Shown: positions 40,544 through 53,443 of the stretch, one piece after another
Position numbering within the stretch: position 1 is the stretch's first letter
How the letters are laid out: each line of letters opens with the position of its first letter
NCBI GenBank assembly: GCA_050230475.1
Contig: JBFLGF010000135.1
Span: forward strand, 1 to 64,000
Source: Ancylonema sp.
Taxonomy: Eukaryota
DNA: 64,000 nucleotides
Direction of reading: 5' to 3'
The notes under the pieces: generated by a model
Database searches by the model: none
What the model was told of the DNA's origin: nothing
What the model saw: only the letters and a program-made list of their open reading frames with translations
Program-made: the position numbers and the translations under genes

Positions 40544-41900
40544 GACGTGCGGTTTGGAGTCGGCCGCCCGGAATGTTGTACTCTACACTTTACCATGATG
40601 TTTCGCAAATGTTTCTCAGAATGATGCATGTGGTAATGCTCTCGGTGGTTTATCTATGATGTTGACTGCGCCAATATCGATGATCGTGTATCACATAATG
40701 TCACATCCATGTATTATGCTGCTCTCACTAAGTAGTATTGCAAATTGAGTCTCTGATAAGATATCAATATTATATTTATCACACGTCTCAGTGATCTAGT
40801 GAAATTCACTACTTAACACCGAGGGCGAACTAAGAGATGGTCTATAGTACAAAAGCCTGTGAAAATACTATAGAGCAAACAAGATGGTCTGGAGCAAACT
40901 ATCGAGGTTAGCAACCGTAAGAGTTACTTTCGGCGCGAAAGCAAAGTATCGACGGCGCGTCGATAAAAGATGCTGGCTCAGAAAGAGCGTCAGCAGACAN
41001 AAAAAGTATTGATTCTAGATCATCGTTATATCGAATACTCTCTCCGTATACCATACGCCGTATGGTCACATACGGCGTATGCCATACTTTTGGTTATCAT
41101 CCATGCGGGTTCGCACTTGGCCATACGTTAGGGGAAAATACTAATACCGAATATTAATATTTTCAATTCAAGTGTAGGGCATTGCCGGGAAGTATAGAAG
41201 GCATCAAGCCGTAACCGTACCTAGTATACCCAATTATATGTATACATTTGAGCAGTTGGGGGTAGGACACCTCTTTGAATGTTATTTTTTAACATGACCC
41301 TCTCAAGATTCATTTTGAATTAACCAATTCAAAACTTTTCTCCGCATTTATGAGGAGGATAAATTTCGCACATAAGGTGAAAGACGTAGAATGTGATTTG
41401 AGGTTGAGGGGGAAACATGGTGAAATCGAAAAACTTAGTCCGCTTGTGTGCGTTATGCAGTGGATAAGGGCTGAGAATGTTCCAGGCTTGCTAGCGTTGA
41501 ATTTAGGTGACCACGAACCTTCCGCGGTTGGTTCATGGTGCTCGGTTTCTATTGGTCCTCTACGATTTCTTGCATCCCATAAGTCCTAAGTCGATAGTTC
41601 GAGATTTAGCGAACGGGGTGCCGCTGTCACGCGTGCGACCGTCAGGTTAGACTTTTGGACCAGCGCTGCTCCGTTGAGCTCGTTGGTGCCCGCCTATTAA
41701 GCGTTTAGGACAGGACTCATTGTACACCTTTCCGGCACATTTCCTGAACGACTTACTTTTGATAACACGTGCACTTGCAATCGTCTTTGCTTTGCCTGTT
41801 TTAATAAGTTTGTTGTAGCTGGAATGCCCTTGAGCCTCAAAAGCGTGCTGATTTCGTCTCGCACTTTGTCACCCATCGCATTTCTTGCTTTGGATAGTAG

Positions 41901-43252
41901 TTAAAAACAATTTGGTATATGAGTTGAGTTGGGGATTGGAGTTGGGAGTGAAGTAGTTGTTGTAGTTAGGATCTTTAAAGTGTTGGCACACTTTATATCT
42001 TGGGGTGATTTGTGTGGATATATGCTTTGTGGCACATGTAGTATCTTGTTACATACATGTTTTGCTAGGGTGGAGTAACGATTCATATCGATACGCAATC
42101 CTAAAACGAGACAAACGGTCCGTGGAATTCATTCAACGTATCAAAGAAAGACTCCGTACATCTTCGGCGAAATATCTCACCAAATTGGATAATATCACAA
42201 TTACACCAACCGACACCGTGGCTATGGGTTACAGGATGACGCAGCAGAAGGCACTCGGCTACTCGCCTTACTACATCCTGTTCGGGCGACATCCCATCTT
42301 TCCGTCCCGGATTCAGGAGTTGGAGCACGCCCCACTTCCCAGTTTAGACAACCCTGAAGCAGTGCGCATGTACATCGATGAGCGCAGTCAAGTGTTTCAG
42401 CAGGTGCTTCCACTGGCCATGAGAAACTTGGCCATCGCTCGGCACCGTGATAAGACCCGGTTCCGGATGGTTCGCGGCCGTCCCTACACTCGGGAGAAGG
42501 AAGTCATCCAACCTGGGGAGTTTGTGCTTGTCAAGCGGCCTACGTTAGCCTCGTTGGATGTTCCCTCTCGGCCGCATGTTCTGCAAGTGATGCGCACCAC
42601 CGACCAGGGGGTCATGATTTTACAAGGACAGGATGGGGCCCGTATTGAAGAGCAGCAGAAGAATGTCGCACCGTGCAGTTTGCCGGTAGTGGACAAGACG
42701 ATTTATCCGGAGCGGTATTTTAGTGGGGATACTACTTACTGTCGAGAGTGTGGCAGTCAGAGGAAGGAGGAGTGTATGGTGTTGTGTGACAGGTGTCAGC
42801 AGGCGTTTCACACTTTCTGTTTGACACCCCCCTTGTCTGAGATTCCATTAGGGGCTTGGGTGTGTCCCTATCATTGAGGGAGGAGTATGAGGTGCGGATG
42901 GTGGCTGGTCCTGGTTTAGGGCTGCTTTGTAATACTAGGCATGGTGGCGGACATGTGGGGACTTTTTGGGATTGATTTGGTTTTTGGGGTCTTTTGTTTT
43001 CTATATACCAACCTTTGCTGCATTATCATTGCCAAAGTTTGGGGGGGGGAGTTTAAACACAATTGGTACATGAGTTGAATTGGGGATTGGAGTTGGGAGT
43101 GAAATAGTTGTTGTAGTTAGGATTAGATATAAAGTGTTGGCGCACTTTATATCTTGGGGTGATTTGGGTGGATATATACTTTGTGGCACATGTAGTATCT
43201 TGTTACGTACATGTTTTGCTAGGGTGGAGTAACGATTCATATCGATACGTCA
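41901..43252 (+). mobile_element. Small gypsy-derived unit: two ~195-bp direct repeats (putative LTRs) around an integrase C-terminus/PHD ORF
   Basis: Repeats 41901-42095 and 43052-43249, both ending ATATCGATACG. G-rich PPT-like tract 43041-43051 before the second repeat. No TSD or PBS found. Confidence 0.7.
42096..42877 (+). CDS. Gypsy-type integrase C-terminal fragment fused to a PHD finger
   Basis: YRMTQQKALGYSPYYILFGRHP (end of integrase core), QPGEFVLVK (SH3-like region), then CRECG...MVLCDRCQQAFHTFCLTPPLSEIPLGAWVCPYH (PHD). Confidence 0.85.
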
Positions 43253-43780
43253 GCTGTCGTATAGAGAGGCCTCGTTTGGCTGTAGCGGGTTGCTTTGCCG
43301 TTATAGCATTCCATGCTATTATCCTGTCGTGGTGTCAATACGCCTATTGGTTTAGGAGTATTGTATGAAGTAGATGGAGTGTCAGAAGGTAGTTTAGGAG
43401 ATCTGGTGATTCCAGCTGCTCGGTTCTCAGCGTCTTGTTTTATACGTAGAAATTCAGCCTTGTTGGCTTTCTCCATAATCTCCTTCCGTGTAATAGGAGG
43501 ATCCGGTGGATTCTTGTAATACCTGTCCTCTCATTCACGGAAATGCCAGTCGTTGATATAGGATTGTAGTGGTAGAGGAATATGTGGTAGATACCTCCTA
43601 GCCAGTTGTTCTTCTGTCATGGCTCTTGCCTCTTGAATAATTGTTGCGGGTTCGTTAAAACGTGCAAATGTGGTTGCAACACTGTCGTTGGGTCGTGCAG
43701 AAAATGTTTTGATCTGAGTGACAAATTCTGTAGTTGAAGTTCGAAAACGATTTTTGATGGTAGTGATGAACAGTTCCGAC
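43253..43780 (-). pseudogene. Probable retrotransposon gag fragment (one internal stop)
   Basis: Minus frame ELFITTIKNRF...FSARPNDSVATTFARF...LARRYLPHIPLPLQ, ending in a degenerate knuckle-like ECYNG motif. Confidence 0.45.
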
Positions 43781-44774
43781 TAAGTCCGCTTACTACTTAC
43801 TTCTTACGTTCCAAGCTTATCGGTTAATTATATAAAATTTGTTTATAAAATTATATTACACGCATGAAAATGGCAGGCGTACTCAAGTGTTATAAAAACT
43901 CGAATACTTGTCGGATTTGATTTTATAAATGTACTTGATCTACGTGATCTTGGGATTTTTTTACAAATAACATTTGAAACCCTCTATGGCTCCGTCCCGG
44001 GCGGAAAGGTTTTTGCCTAGGGCGCCTGGGGCGGACTGCCTGGAGCGGTGCATATTGTTCGGGTCTCACATACGATAATGACCCTCACATAATTTTGTAG
44101 AGGGTGGCTCGGATGAAATCAAATGAATCGTTTTCTAAGGGTGGTAATCCATCAAATTCCGTTCCTTGTGCGGTGAGTAATGCATTATTTTTTTCTCTTC
44201 GTGCGGTACCGTAATGTGCGGTATGGTACGCGCAGTCTTGGATCAATATGCGTGCTTGGTCACCGTGTATAAGTTATTATTTTCCCAGATTATATAAGTG
44301 GATCACCGGATATTCATTCCGATTTCTAGGTTCACCACCGAACGTAATTTTTTTTTCTTTCACCCGGGTCGATATCTCTGAAATTTACGGTCCATGCACT
44401 AGACGTACCGTACTCCCAACTACAACACCCCACTGATGATCTATTTGTGGCTGAGGTGGGGTAAGGAATTAATTCAATATTTTCGACTTTGGGGTATTGA
44501 GTAGGTTCAATATTTCTTTCTTTGGGACCCGTGGGGTATTATCCTCAAATTTTGCAAGCCGGGGTAATAGCGGCGGCAGGCTCTAAACAAGCAATAATTT
44601 TGCCGGGGTCACGATTCTAGGCGCATTCCATTTTTCGATGCGCGGTTGTCACCTCTTACAGGCTTCAGCAATTATAGGGCCTATTGTTGTGTCCATTAGG
44701 GTCCAGAAGTGAAAAGAAATCCGTTGCCTGGTTGGGGTATTAAGTTGCTTGGGTAATGTAATGAATAGCTAAAT

Positions 44775-44935
44775 TATGGGCTGGTGGAAGTTGTTATCTT
44801 TGGAAAGTCGATGATGACTTGGCTACTTTGAAGGAAGTTGCAGCGTCTGGATTGGCTTTGATGTCATCATCTGTTCTCACTCTGAGAGGGTTGTCAATTG
44901 AGTTTTGACTGAGTACAAAAGATGGGAGTCTTTCG
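44775..44935 (+). pseudogene. Possible eroded hAT transposase dimerisation-domain remnant
   Basis: WWK...LATLKEVAASGLALMSSS...SERV read across frameshifts resembles the hAT WW...LA...L...SS...ERxFS motif. Confidence 0.25.
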
Positions 44936-46325
44936 CACTATGTAACTCGTCGGTGGATTTGGCGTACATCTACTCACCGACTCCTAAAAGACACTCGAAG
45001 CTTTGCGTACTCGAAGTCTTGAAATATTAAGAACGATAAAAAAATACTAAAACAATTATAAAAACTTCAGCAATTGTAAGCTAGGATATCAGGGTCAATA
45101 GCATTAGAATTTGAAAGTGGGATTTTCAATTGAAAGGATGTAAATCAGGGTTCACAAAGTTGATGTACAAACTGTACAGTAAACGGAAAGTACTTCGGGG
45201 AGCACGTCAAACGATGGTCACATTCAGACTCACCCACACATGAGTGCACACAAAATGATCTCAAATAATAAATGAAATTCTGAAGGCCTGAACGGCATCA
45301 TGAAACGGCGAAACGGTGTATGAACGGCGTAAACTACCAGCTGGCAGTAATGAAAGTCATTTTGACCTTTAAACAATCGACACGGAGTGTTCTACGAATT
45401 CACGCGCGGAAATCTCTAGGATAGAATTGATCTAAGGCTGAGATTGAACTGATCAACTGGACTAAAGATAACGTCGTTTCAATATAGGATATGGATTTGG
45501 ATCAATCTGACACGTGCGACAACTCATCGATGATATTGACAAACTGATTTGACTAGCAGAATTGGCACGCACTATAATCGAACTATTCTACTATACGACA
45601 AACACTCCGGAATCAGGGTCAAAAAAATGGTGTACCGACTTATCTTGGTGCATTGAATCTAACAAAGCTACCAGATCAGACGTTGAAGCTACTGAATCAC
45701 TTATACCAAAAGTGTTCGTTTATAACGTCGAAAAATCGGCAAACTTGGGAACTCGCTGTTTTGAGTTGCAAATCAATTAAAAATAGACTTTTTTTTTTAC
45801 GAGCTCTAGCGGCATGACACTCCTACAACGTCGTTTAGATTACTAACAATGGAGGTTGCGAAGCTTGATATATTTCCTAGCATTTTGGTTAGTTGCATTG
45901 GGTCATATGCAAGGCTACAAATTCCCATTGTGATGGCAAAATAATCTGAATACTAGAAATTGCAAGCGATGGTGGCATGTCAATAGATTAATAGGCAACC
46001 AGGTGAACAAATTGACTCCTTTCTCTCCAACTTCTACTCCCTTTGGAGCCCTGGTTTTTAATACATGTTGAAGATGAGTAGAGTTGAACGATGTTTTAAA
46101 TTGTGCCACGGGTCATGGCGCAAAAACAACCAACACATTGTCAGTAGAGCAAAAATAGGGTTTCGGGTCTTAGTGAAAAGACACCAAACAACTTGGCATT
46201 ATATGTCTCTCTCCTCACACGTCCGGTAAAATTGCAATGCATCACCACGGAAGTGACTATTATAATCATTCTATATTTTAACACGTGTTTGCATTGATCA
46301 ATTTCAAACTCCTCAAAATCATGAC

Positions 46326-46697
46326 CATAGTTGCACGGTCCAGCGGATCGGGGTTCCGAGGTCCCGGTTCCGGACCGGGGTTTGACCTTCTAGGCCAACA
46401 TGCCGGACCGGCGGTAGTAGGATACTTTCGGTTCTTCTTTCGGAATTTTCAAAGGTTTATCGCAGTGGAAAACAGCGGGAGTTTTTTTTTTTTTTTTCAT
46501 GATCATTTTGGCTTGCGCGTTGTGCGAAAATGAAATAAAAATGTTCACCTTCAAAATTCTCCGACATGCCCATCTCCCCCGGAAAATCGCCGGGAAAAAT
46601 AAAAATCATCAAAGATCCCCGGTCCGACCAAGTCCCGACTCCCGACCCGGTCCGACCGCGATCCGAAAAACCAATCTTGCCGGTCCATGCAATTACG
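46326..46697. mobile_element. hAT-type MITE
   Basis: TIRs CATAGTTGCAC / ATGCAATTACG, perfect 8-bp TSD ATCATGAC, CCGGACC-type subterminal repeats. Confidence 0.88.
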
Positions 46698-47017
46698 ATC
46701 ATGACAGATAAAAGGTACGGGTCTTAATGGACTTATGATTACACAAACATTTGCCCTTCTAGATTAAATATTACGAATCCCTTCTACTTCTAAAAATTTA
46801 AAAGTCTTTCCATCAACTCCCAAAAAAATGTATCACACAAGTCCTACGTTATTCATGCTCCAATTGTTATCAATTACAAACGAGAGTAAAACTCCGCGAA
46901 ACTACTCGATTCCAAACCCCTTTGACGGTTAGAAATGAACCTCCAATTTCGTTCCCTCTCTCCGAAAACATGCACTCATATCTACATACCAATATGTTGG
47001 AAAAATGTGTCATCATC

Positions 47018-47426
47018 CTAGTGCTTCATTTCAATCAACAAAACATGAGCGCCATCTTTTGCATCAGCTTTAAACGTCACCGGCAAACTCTCCCCGCGAG
47101 GAGACACCACCTAAAAAAGTAAAAAAAATAATTGAAATGATCTCGGAAGACATGAGACAACCACCCAAGTGGAGATACAGGCGCATGCAGATTTCAAACA
47201 CCCTAAATTGAAAAAAAAACGAAAAATCGAAAATTGAAAAAAAAAACAAATTGAATGGATGTACACCACCATTGGGCAATCGCGCTATACACACGACCTC
47301 TTGATCGGACTAAAAGCCTCCACTCGAAGGTAAAGACAAGACAATCATGCAACATCATAATTTCATGTCAACATCATACACAAGGATGCAGGCACCAGCA
47401 TCAACAACCTCTAATTCATGGGGAAA

Positions 47427-47459
<33 letters not shown>

Positions 47460-49414
47460 ATCCAAACCTGTAAAGCGTCTTTGGTCGCCAATACAGTGCT
47501 CTCATTGGCTGTCGCACCTCCCTCCATACACACGAGGTATGCCTGCCTTCCCTCCTTCACCTCAAATCGGAGGTCTACACCGGGATCCATCTCGGCGACA
47601 TAAATATTCGCGTCTTGGTGGATGGGAATGATGCCTTTCCCGTCGTCCGATTCGTGGGTGGCTGCAAAGCTTCCCAGAATGTGCTGGAATTTGTTGTGGC
47701 GGTCACTTTTGCTGAGGGTGGGGGAGGGTTGGGGGAGGGGGGGGGGGGGGGGGGGGGCGGATTGGTTACAGTGGTTGACAAAGGGATGGGGTGTTGGGAG
47801 ATCGACATGGTTGTGTTATGGATTTCCTTGTGAGATTTGGGAGCGTTCCTTCTTTGATTCCTTTGTTTTTTAAACATAAGAGAAAAATAAATCAGTGATC
47901 AACCGGTCAACTCGATCAAACTGACGTGAGATGTTGCTTCAGACATGGATATTTTCGAGGCATAAAAAAAGGCAACCGAGAAATTACGGTTCTCTGCTTA
48001 ATTCTCCTGGTAGCTGACAGGTCATACCTGAAGACCCGAGACCCGTAATTTGGTTTCAAACTGCGTGCGTTGGGCTTAATCCAAATCTGCAGAAAACGAA
48101 GGCTACACAAGGGGGGAAATGAAACGAGAGTGAGATGATTCCACTCCCAAGACCTCAAAAATCTCCGCCTCCAGAGATCTAACGAGAACTTATTTAGAAT
48201 CCCGGGTACCAAATTCCGTGTCCCCCCCCCCCAAGAGTGTGTCGGTGTTTGTGTGCTTACAGCTGTTCCCCCGCGTTCATCTCCGAGTGTGTGATCCCCG
48301 TCCCTGCGCTCATGTACTGGGCAGAGCCGCGGCCCAGGGACTCGGCGGTGCCCATACTGGGGAGAGGGCGGGGGGGGGGGGGGAGGAGAGAGGGTTGGGG
48401 AGAGGGTTGGGGTTGGGGGTGGGATTCAGTCGTGCGGATTCTCGTTTGGTGGTGTGGGAGGAAGTGGATGCGGTTGTTGTTTCATTTGGGTGGGGGACTT
48501 TTTATTGCGGGGGTCCCTGGAATATGCATGATGATGATTGCACAGAGATGGGATGATGATGATGGTATTATGATGATGAGGATGAGGATGAGGATGACAT
48601 CAATCAGTCACTGTTCTGACCTCGTATAAGTAAATTACATGCCTTTTGCAAGTAGACATATTTATATTTCAAAGATTTGTAATGATTATCGTGTCATCTC
48701 CTCATTATTTTCTCTTTCTTCACTTCTCCCCCTCTTTACCTGTCTTTGTGTGTGAGCTCCCCGTCAAGCACGTAGGTTATGATCTCCATGTCTCTATGAG
48801 GGTGAGTGCCGAATCCGGAACGAGGCTGTCCAGAGGAAAAGCGAGCGTGTCAGATTGAAAAATAAAAATGGCATTCGTGTTCAGAATCTAACATCGGTTG
48901 CGGAATTCAGTACAGGGCGGCGTAGGTTAGTTAACCACCGAACCTGACCACGGTTACATGATCTTAACTTCACCCAACCGTGGTTACCTGAACCAGGTCA
49001 TCGTTAATGACTCGCAGCACGCCAAATTCCGTATTACTCGGGTTGTAGTAATCGGCAAAACTGCGGATTCAGGCAAAAGTAGGCGGATTTGGCACACAGA
49101 GACCCTGCAGGCAGATCTCGGCATTCTGAGGCAGAACGAGGCAGATTTCGGCAGATTTAGGCAGATTCAGCAGATACGTGGAAGCGACAGACTTCTTATT
49201 TGCTAGGAAAGGGTCTGAATTATGGACGAACTGATCGAGAGGTTAACGTTGACACAAACCTGAAGTGGAACCTGCTCTCAAGCCACCAGACTGGGCGAGA
49301 GACGTGAAGATTTTTGCTCGGAATGTGACGGAGACCAGCCCTGCGGGAGGTGACACGTGCGAATACGGTCAACGACTTGTGTCGTGTCAACCTTCGCTGA
49401 CACACTGCGAGCAT
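47018..49414 (-). CDS. Pirin-family (YhhW-like) bicupin protein, 7 exons, about 273 aa; an upstream exon is possible
   Basis: Exons 49260-49414, 48988-49060, 48740-48825, 48261-48356, 48028-48102, 47468-47711, 47018-47110 (822 nt, phases consistent). Motifs [70 protein letters not shown]. Confidence 0.93.
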
Positions 49415-50173
49415 CTGCTGTGGGAAGAAAAGGCACTTCGCTGTACATATAATGTCGTCTCTATCGTCAGATTCATTAACGGGCATAGAGTATCACCGGC
49501 TTTGGAAGCCGAAGTGACCAGGAAGCTGGACCCTCAGGCGCTCTGTATGTGATTTTTGGTGCCACTCTCAAGTTTCATGTCTGTCTGATAGTTAAATCTA
49601 ATAGCAAGAATTCGATTAGACAATGTGAACAGTGCGAGTGGGGGTGCATTTTTGTTGTTAGCGATGCGTGTTAGCTACGCACATTACTGAATGAGCCCGG
49701 CGTCATGATAGACGTATTCTGCTTGCAAATAAGCTGAACGTCTCCACTTTCACGAAGGTTTACTTTGCAGGGACTAACATTTGCATAGACGCTGCAGACG
49801 ACTCCCAACTGGACAAGGCTCGTCGCACTGCGAAGACGTGCGGGTAGCGTTCCCCCGAAACACAAACGTTAGGTCGAAATATGCCCGCGCACGAAGAGCC
49901 GCAGAGGAAGGTAGGCAGGTGTCTGATCGGATGTGATTGAGTCTGACCCTGGCGGACCTTGGCGAGCTTATGTAGTAATGTAGATGCCCTGAATGATTCT
50001 AGAGACATACCACTACTAATCGCAGGAGCCGTCGATAGGAGTCTTGGTTACCCCTCCGTTCTCTACCATCATTGCAGAAGCTCGAGTATCTATGCTTCGT
50101 CGAATTCAGGAAGATGCAGCGAAGTTACGGAGAAATTTACCGGAAAAAGGAACCCTCGACAGCGAAGTAGAAC

Positions 50174-53100
50174 TAGGGTTGTAAATATAACGTAATCCGG
50201 GTTTCGGCGTAAGTAATACAACCGTAATTTACGAATTACCGTAATATCGTCATTTTACAAAAACCCATGTAATTTGACGATGGCCTTACATGACGATGGC
50301 GTTGGATAAGGGTGGCGGGGCGGTACGTCCCCTTGCTGTGGGGGAGGGGTTTTATCGTTTGATCAGTCGTGCGATATGCCCTCAGCTCCGGGAGGCGCTT
50401 CACGACCATTTCGAATGGCAGTACGGCTTTGCTTTTAAAAGGGGGGTGTGAGATGGTGATCTAGGGGGTGCGACTTCTTTTGGAAGCGCGTCCAATTTGG
50501 GGTGTCATACAGGTGGACGTGAAGAACGCATTCAACACCATCAACCGCGAGGCGTTCTTTGAGGAGCTTCGTGATTCGGGGGGGGGGGTTGAGTAGTTTG
50601 TTCCCGTTTGTGCGAACTTTTTATGGGGGGTCTTCCCCCCTATTCTTCCCTGCTAGTGATCTGGCGGGGGGGGAGGAGGTAGTGGAGTTGGCGTCTTCGA
50701 CCGGGACTCGTCAGGGGGATCCCCTTGGAGGGGTATTGTTAGCCCTCGGCCACCAGCAGGCTTTTCGAACCACCGCAGCGGCGTTTCCGGACTGCGCCTT
50801 CCCTTCAATTGCAGATGAAACCCATATCGTGGGGTCCCCTCCCCGTGTGGTGGAGGCTTTTAAGTTTTTTGTGGAGGAGCTCGCAAAACTCGGCCTTTCT
50901 GTCCGTGCAACCGTTCAAGTGTGTGGCGTGGTCACCATCTGGTCGGGAGGTGTTTCCGATTCTTCCGGAGGGGTGTTCTTTCTCTTATGCTACAGCTACA
51001 GATGGCATTCGTGTGTTGGGGGCGCCTTTTGGGACGAACGAGTTTGTGCGAGGCTTCCTGGCAGCTGCGTTGGAGGTAGATACGCGGGGTCTTCTACAAT
51101 TATGCCTCCTTGAGGATCCGCAGGTGGCCCTCCGCCTACTTACGGAGGTGTTTGCTGGTCGACCATCGTATCTGCTGCGTACTTGCCACCCTACTTCTTC
51201 CTTCCTCAACCAGCTCAGGGAATACGATGCGACGTCGTGGAGGGTTGTAGAGGCAGATCTATTGGGCGGGGTGGTTGGTTGCACTTCGGACCATATTGGT
51301 TTGTCGCGTGACCAAGCTTGTTTGGGGGGGCGTGGGTTTGGTTCGTACTTCGGGTTCTTGCCCCACTTGCGTTTATTGGCTCTTATGCTCTCGCCGCGCC
51401 TGCACTCGCATCAGCTTTCCAGCAGCACGGTTTATCATTCGGGCCCGTTTTTCAGCACTGTGGACGAGGGAGGTCTACGAACACAGATCGTGCTTCGAGA
51501 AGCGCGAGAGCTTCTTCACCCAACAGTTCGCGCGGCACTGCCTCCATATGCGACCTTGGCCGTGGCTTCTATTCCTCACTTGCAACCGACACTTCTTGAT
51601 GCTACCTACGCTGCTCCGTTTGAGGTGCTTGTGGCGAGCACCGATCTCGCGACATCGAGGGCGAGGCTTCGGTCCGCCAGTGGACCCGGTGCGGGTCATT
51701 GGCTACAAGCGTCCCCCATCATTCCCTCCCTTCGTATCCCCCTTCCCCTATTCCTTACTGCCGTGCGCTTGCGCCTCGGGTTTCCCCACCCTTGTCTTGC
51801 TACCTATGATACGTGCGCGTGCGGCAACTCTATGGACGCCCTGGGTACGCATCTTATGCGCTGCAGTCGAGGGGGGGAGCGCACTTCATCTCATGACTCG
51901 GTGCGAGATTCCGTATATCACATCCTCCGCGAGTCGGGTCCGCATGTTCAACGAGAACGTACGGGGTTTCTTCTTCCGTCCTCCGCTCCGGGCGGTCGTG
52001 GGGGGCGGGCGAGTGGATATTGTTATTTCGGATGTGGTGGAGGGGCATATTTTGGTGGATGTGGTCATTGCTCACCCCACGCGGCGTGACTTGGTGGATC
52101 TCGCGGCTTGTCGAGGGTTGGTGGCCGCATAAGATGCAGAACGGCGCAAAGAAACTCATTATCGTGATCGCGCGGCAGGGACCAAGTTTATCCCGTTTGC
52201 GTTAGAGGCGTACGGTGCGCTTTCCGATGCAAGCAATCGGTTATTGGTGGATTGTGCTCACCGTGCGGCGCAACTGAATGGGCGATCGGGGCAAAATGTT
52301 CGTTTGTTAGTTACTTGGTTTCGGCAGAGAGTTTCTGTTGCTTTACAACGTTCTCTAGCACATGCAATCCATGCTAGAACGTTGCGATTGGAAGAGGGTA
52401 TGGCTCTGTTTACCTCCCCCCCCTCCGCGGGTGTTATTGTCGTCAACTCAGCAAAGTTAAGGATTGTTGCTCGGTTTTAGGGTTGGGGTTGTTTTCCTTC
52501 TTCTGTTTCGTTAGGTTGGTACGATAACGTTGGTGTTGTACTCAGATGGGGTTCCCATCGTTTGACTAAAATGCGTCTTCCTTACATGTAAATCGTAATT
52601 TAGGTTATTACTAAATTACAGTCATGACGATTAAACTGTAAAAATTACATTTGCCAAATTTGGGACACTTCATGCACGCCACAAGTATTTTTATTTATTC
52701 ATTTATTCCCCCCCCCCCCACGCCCCCACCCCGCCGCTCCCCCCCTAATATTGGGTTTGTAATGCAACTTGATAATAGGTTATGACATGTTGCTACAAAA
52801 TGCAAAGTTAACATTGCATTTTGTGAAGGAGAAAAGGCCACAACTAGCACTAGAAGTAGGTTGAGGAAGAAATGGAATATTGGACTTGAGGGGTATGATG
52901 CACTAAAACATGGGTGGAAAGGAAAAATATGGTGTACTGATTTCGAAGGGAAGCGAAGGTATTGTTGTTTCGGTACACATATAGGTTATAACATCGAGAA
53001 CTCCGTCCATGTTGGACAAATAATATGCAAACTACACAGTTTTAATATCGGTAAAAAATACACAATCTATAAGCAAGGGCCAAGAAAAAAAAAAACCTTT

Positions 53101-53309
53101 CCTCACTTTTTTTTTTTTTTTTTTTTTTTTTTTCGAACAACCTTGATCAAAATCTTTACATATTACGCGTAATCGCCATTTTGGCCATGTATGACGTAGT
53201 TGAGCAAACCCATGTCATTTGTAAGATTACGGTAAGATTACCGTAAAAAACGGTAATTGACGTATTACGTTATGTAAAAAAAAAAGTAAATGTAAAATTC
53301 ACAACTCTA
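50174..53309. mobile_element. Non-autonomous hAT element hosting a non-LTR retrotransposon
   Basis: TIRs TAGGGTTGTAAAT / ATTCACAACTCTA, perfect 8-bp TSD AGTAGAAC, CGTAA/TTACG subterminal repeats. Confidence 0.88.
50293..52579 (+). mobile_element. 5'-truncated CRE-like non-LTR retrotransposon (RT, CCHC, restriction-like endonuclease), degenerate
   Basis: RPLAVGE, QVDVKNAFN, GTRQGDPLG, SIADE (degenerate YxDD), GIRVLGAPFG, CACG...HLMRC...HDSVRD, RVDIVI...VDVVI, FIPFALEAYG. 9-bp TSD CCTTACATG at 50284-50292 and 52580-52588. Confidence 0.88.
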
Positions 53310-53443
53310 AGTAGAACTCCTCTTTATACAAATTATCGAATTATTTAAGAGGAGATTTCACGGTACCAAAAAAGTTCACAGGCACAAGTCCCGTCAGAGG
53401 CACAGTTGAGTTCACCCGCTCCCGCGCACTTGTGCTCCGTAGC

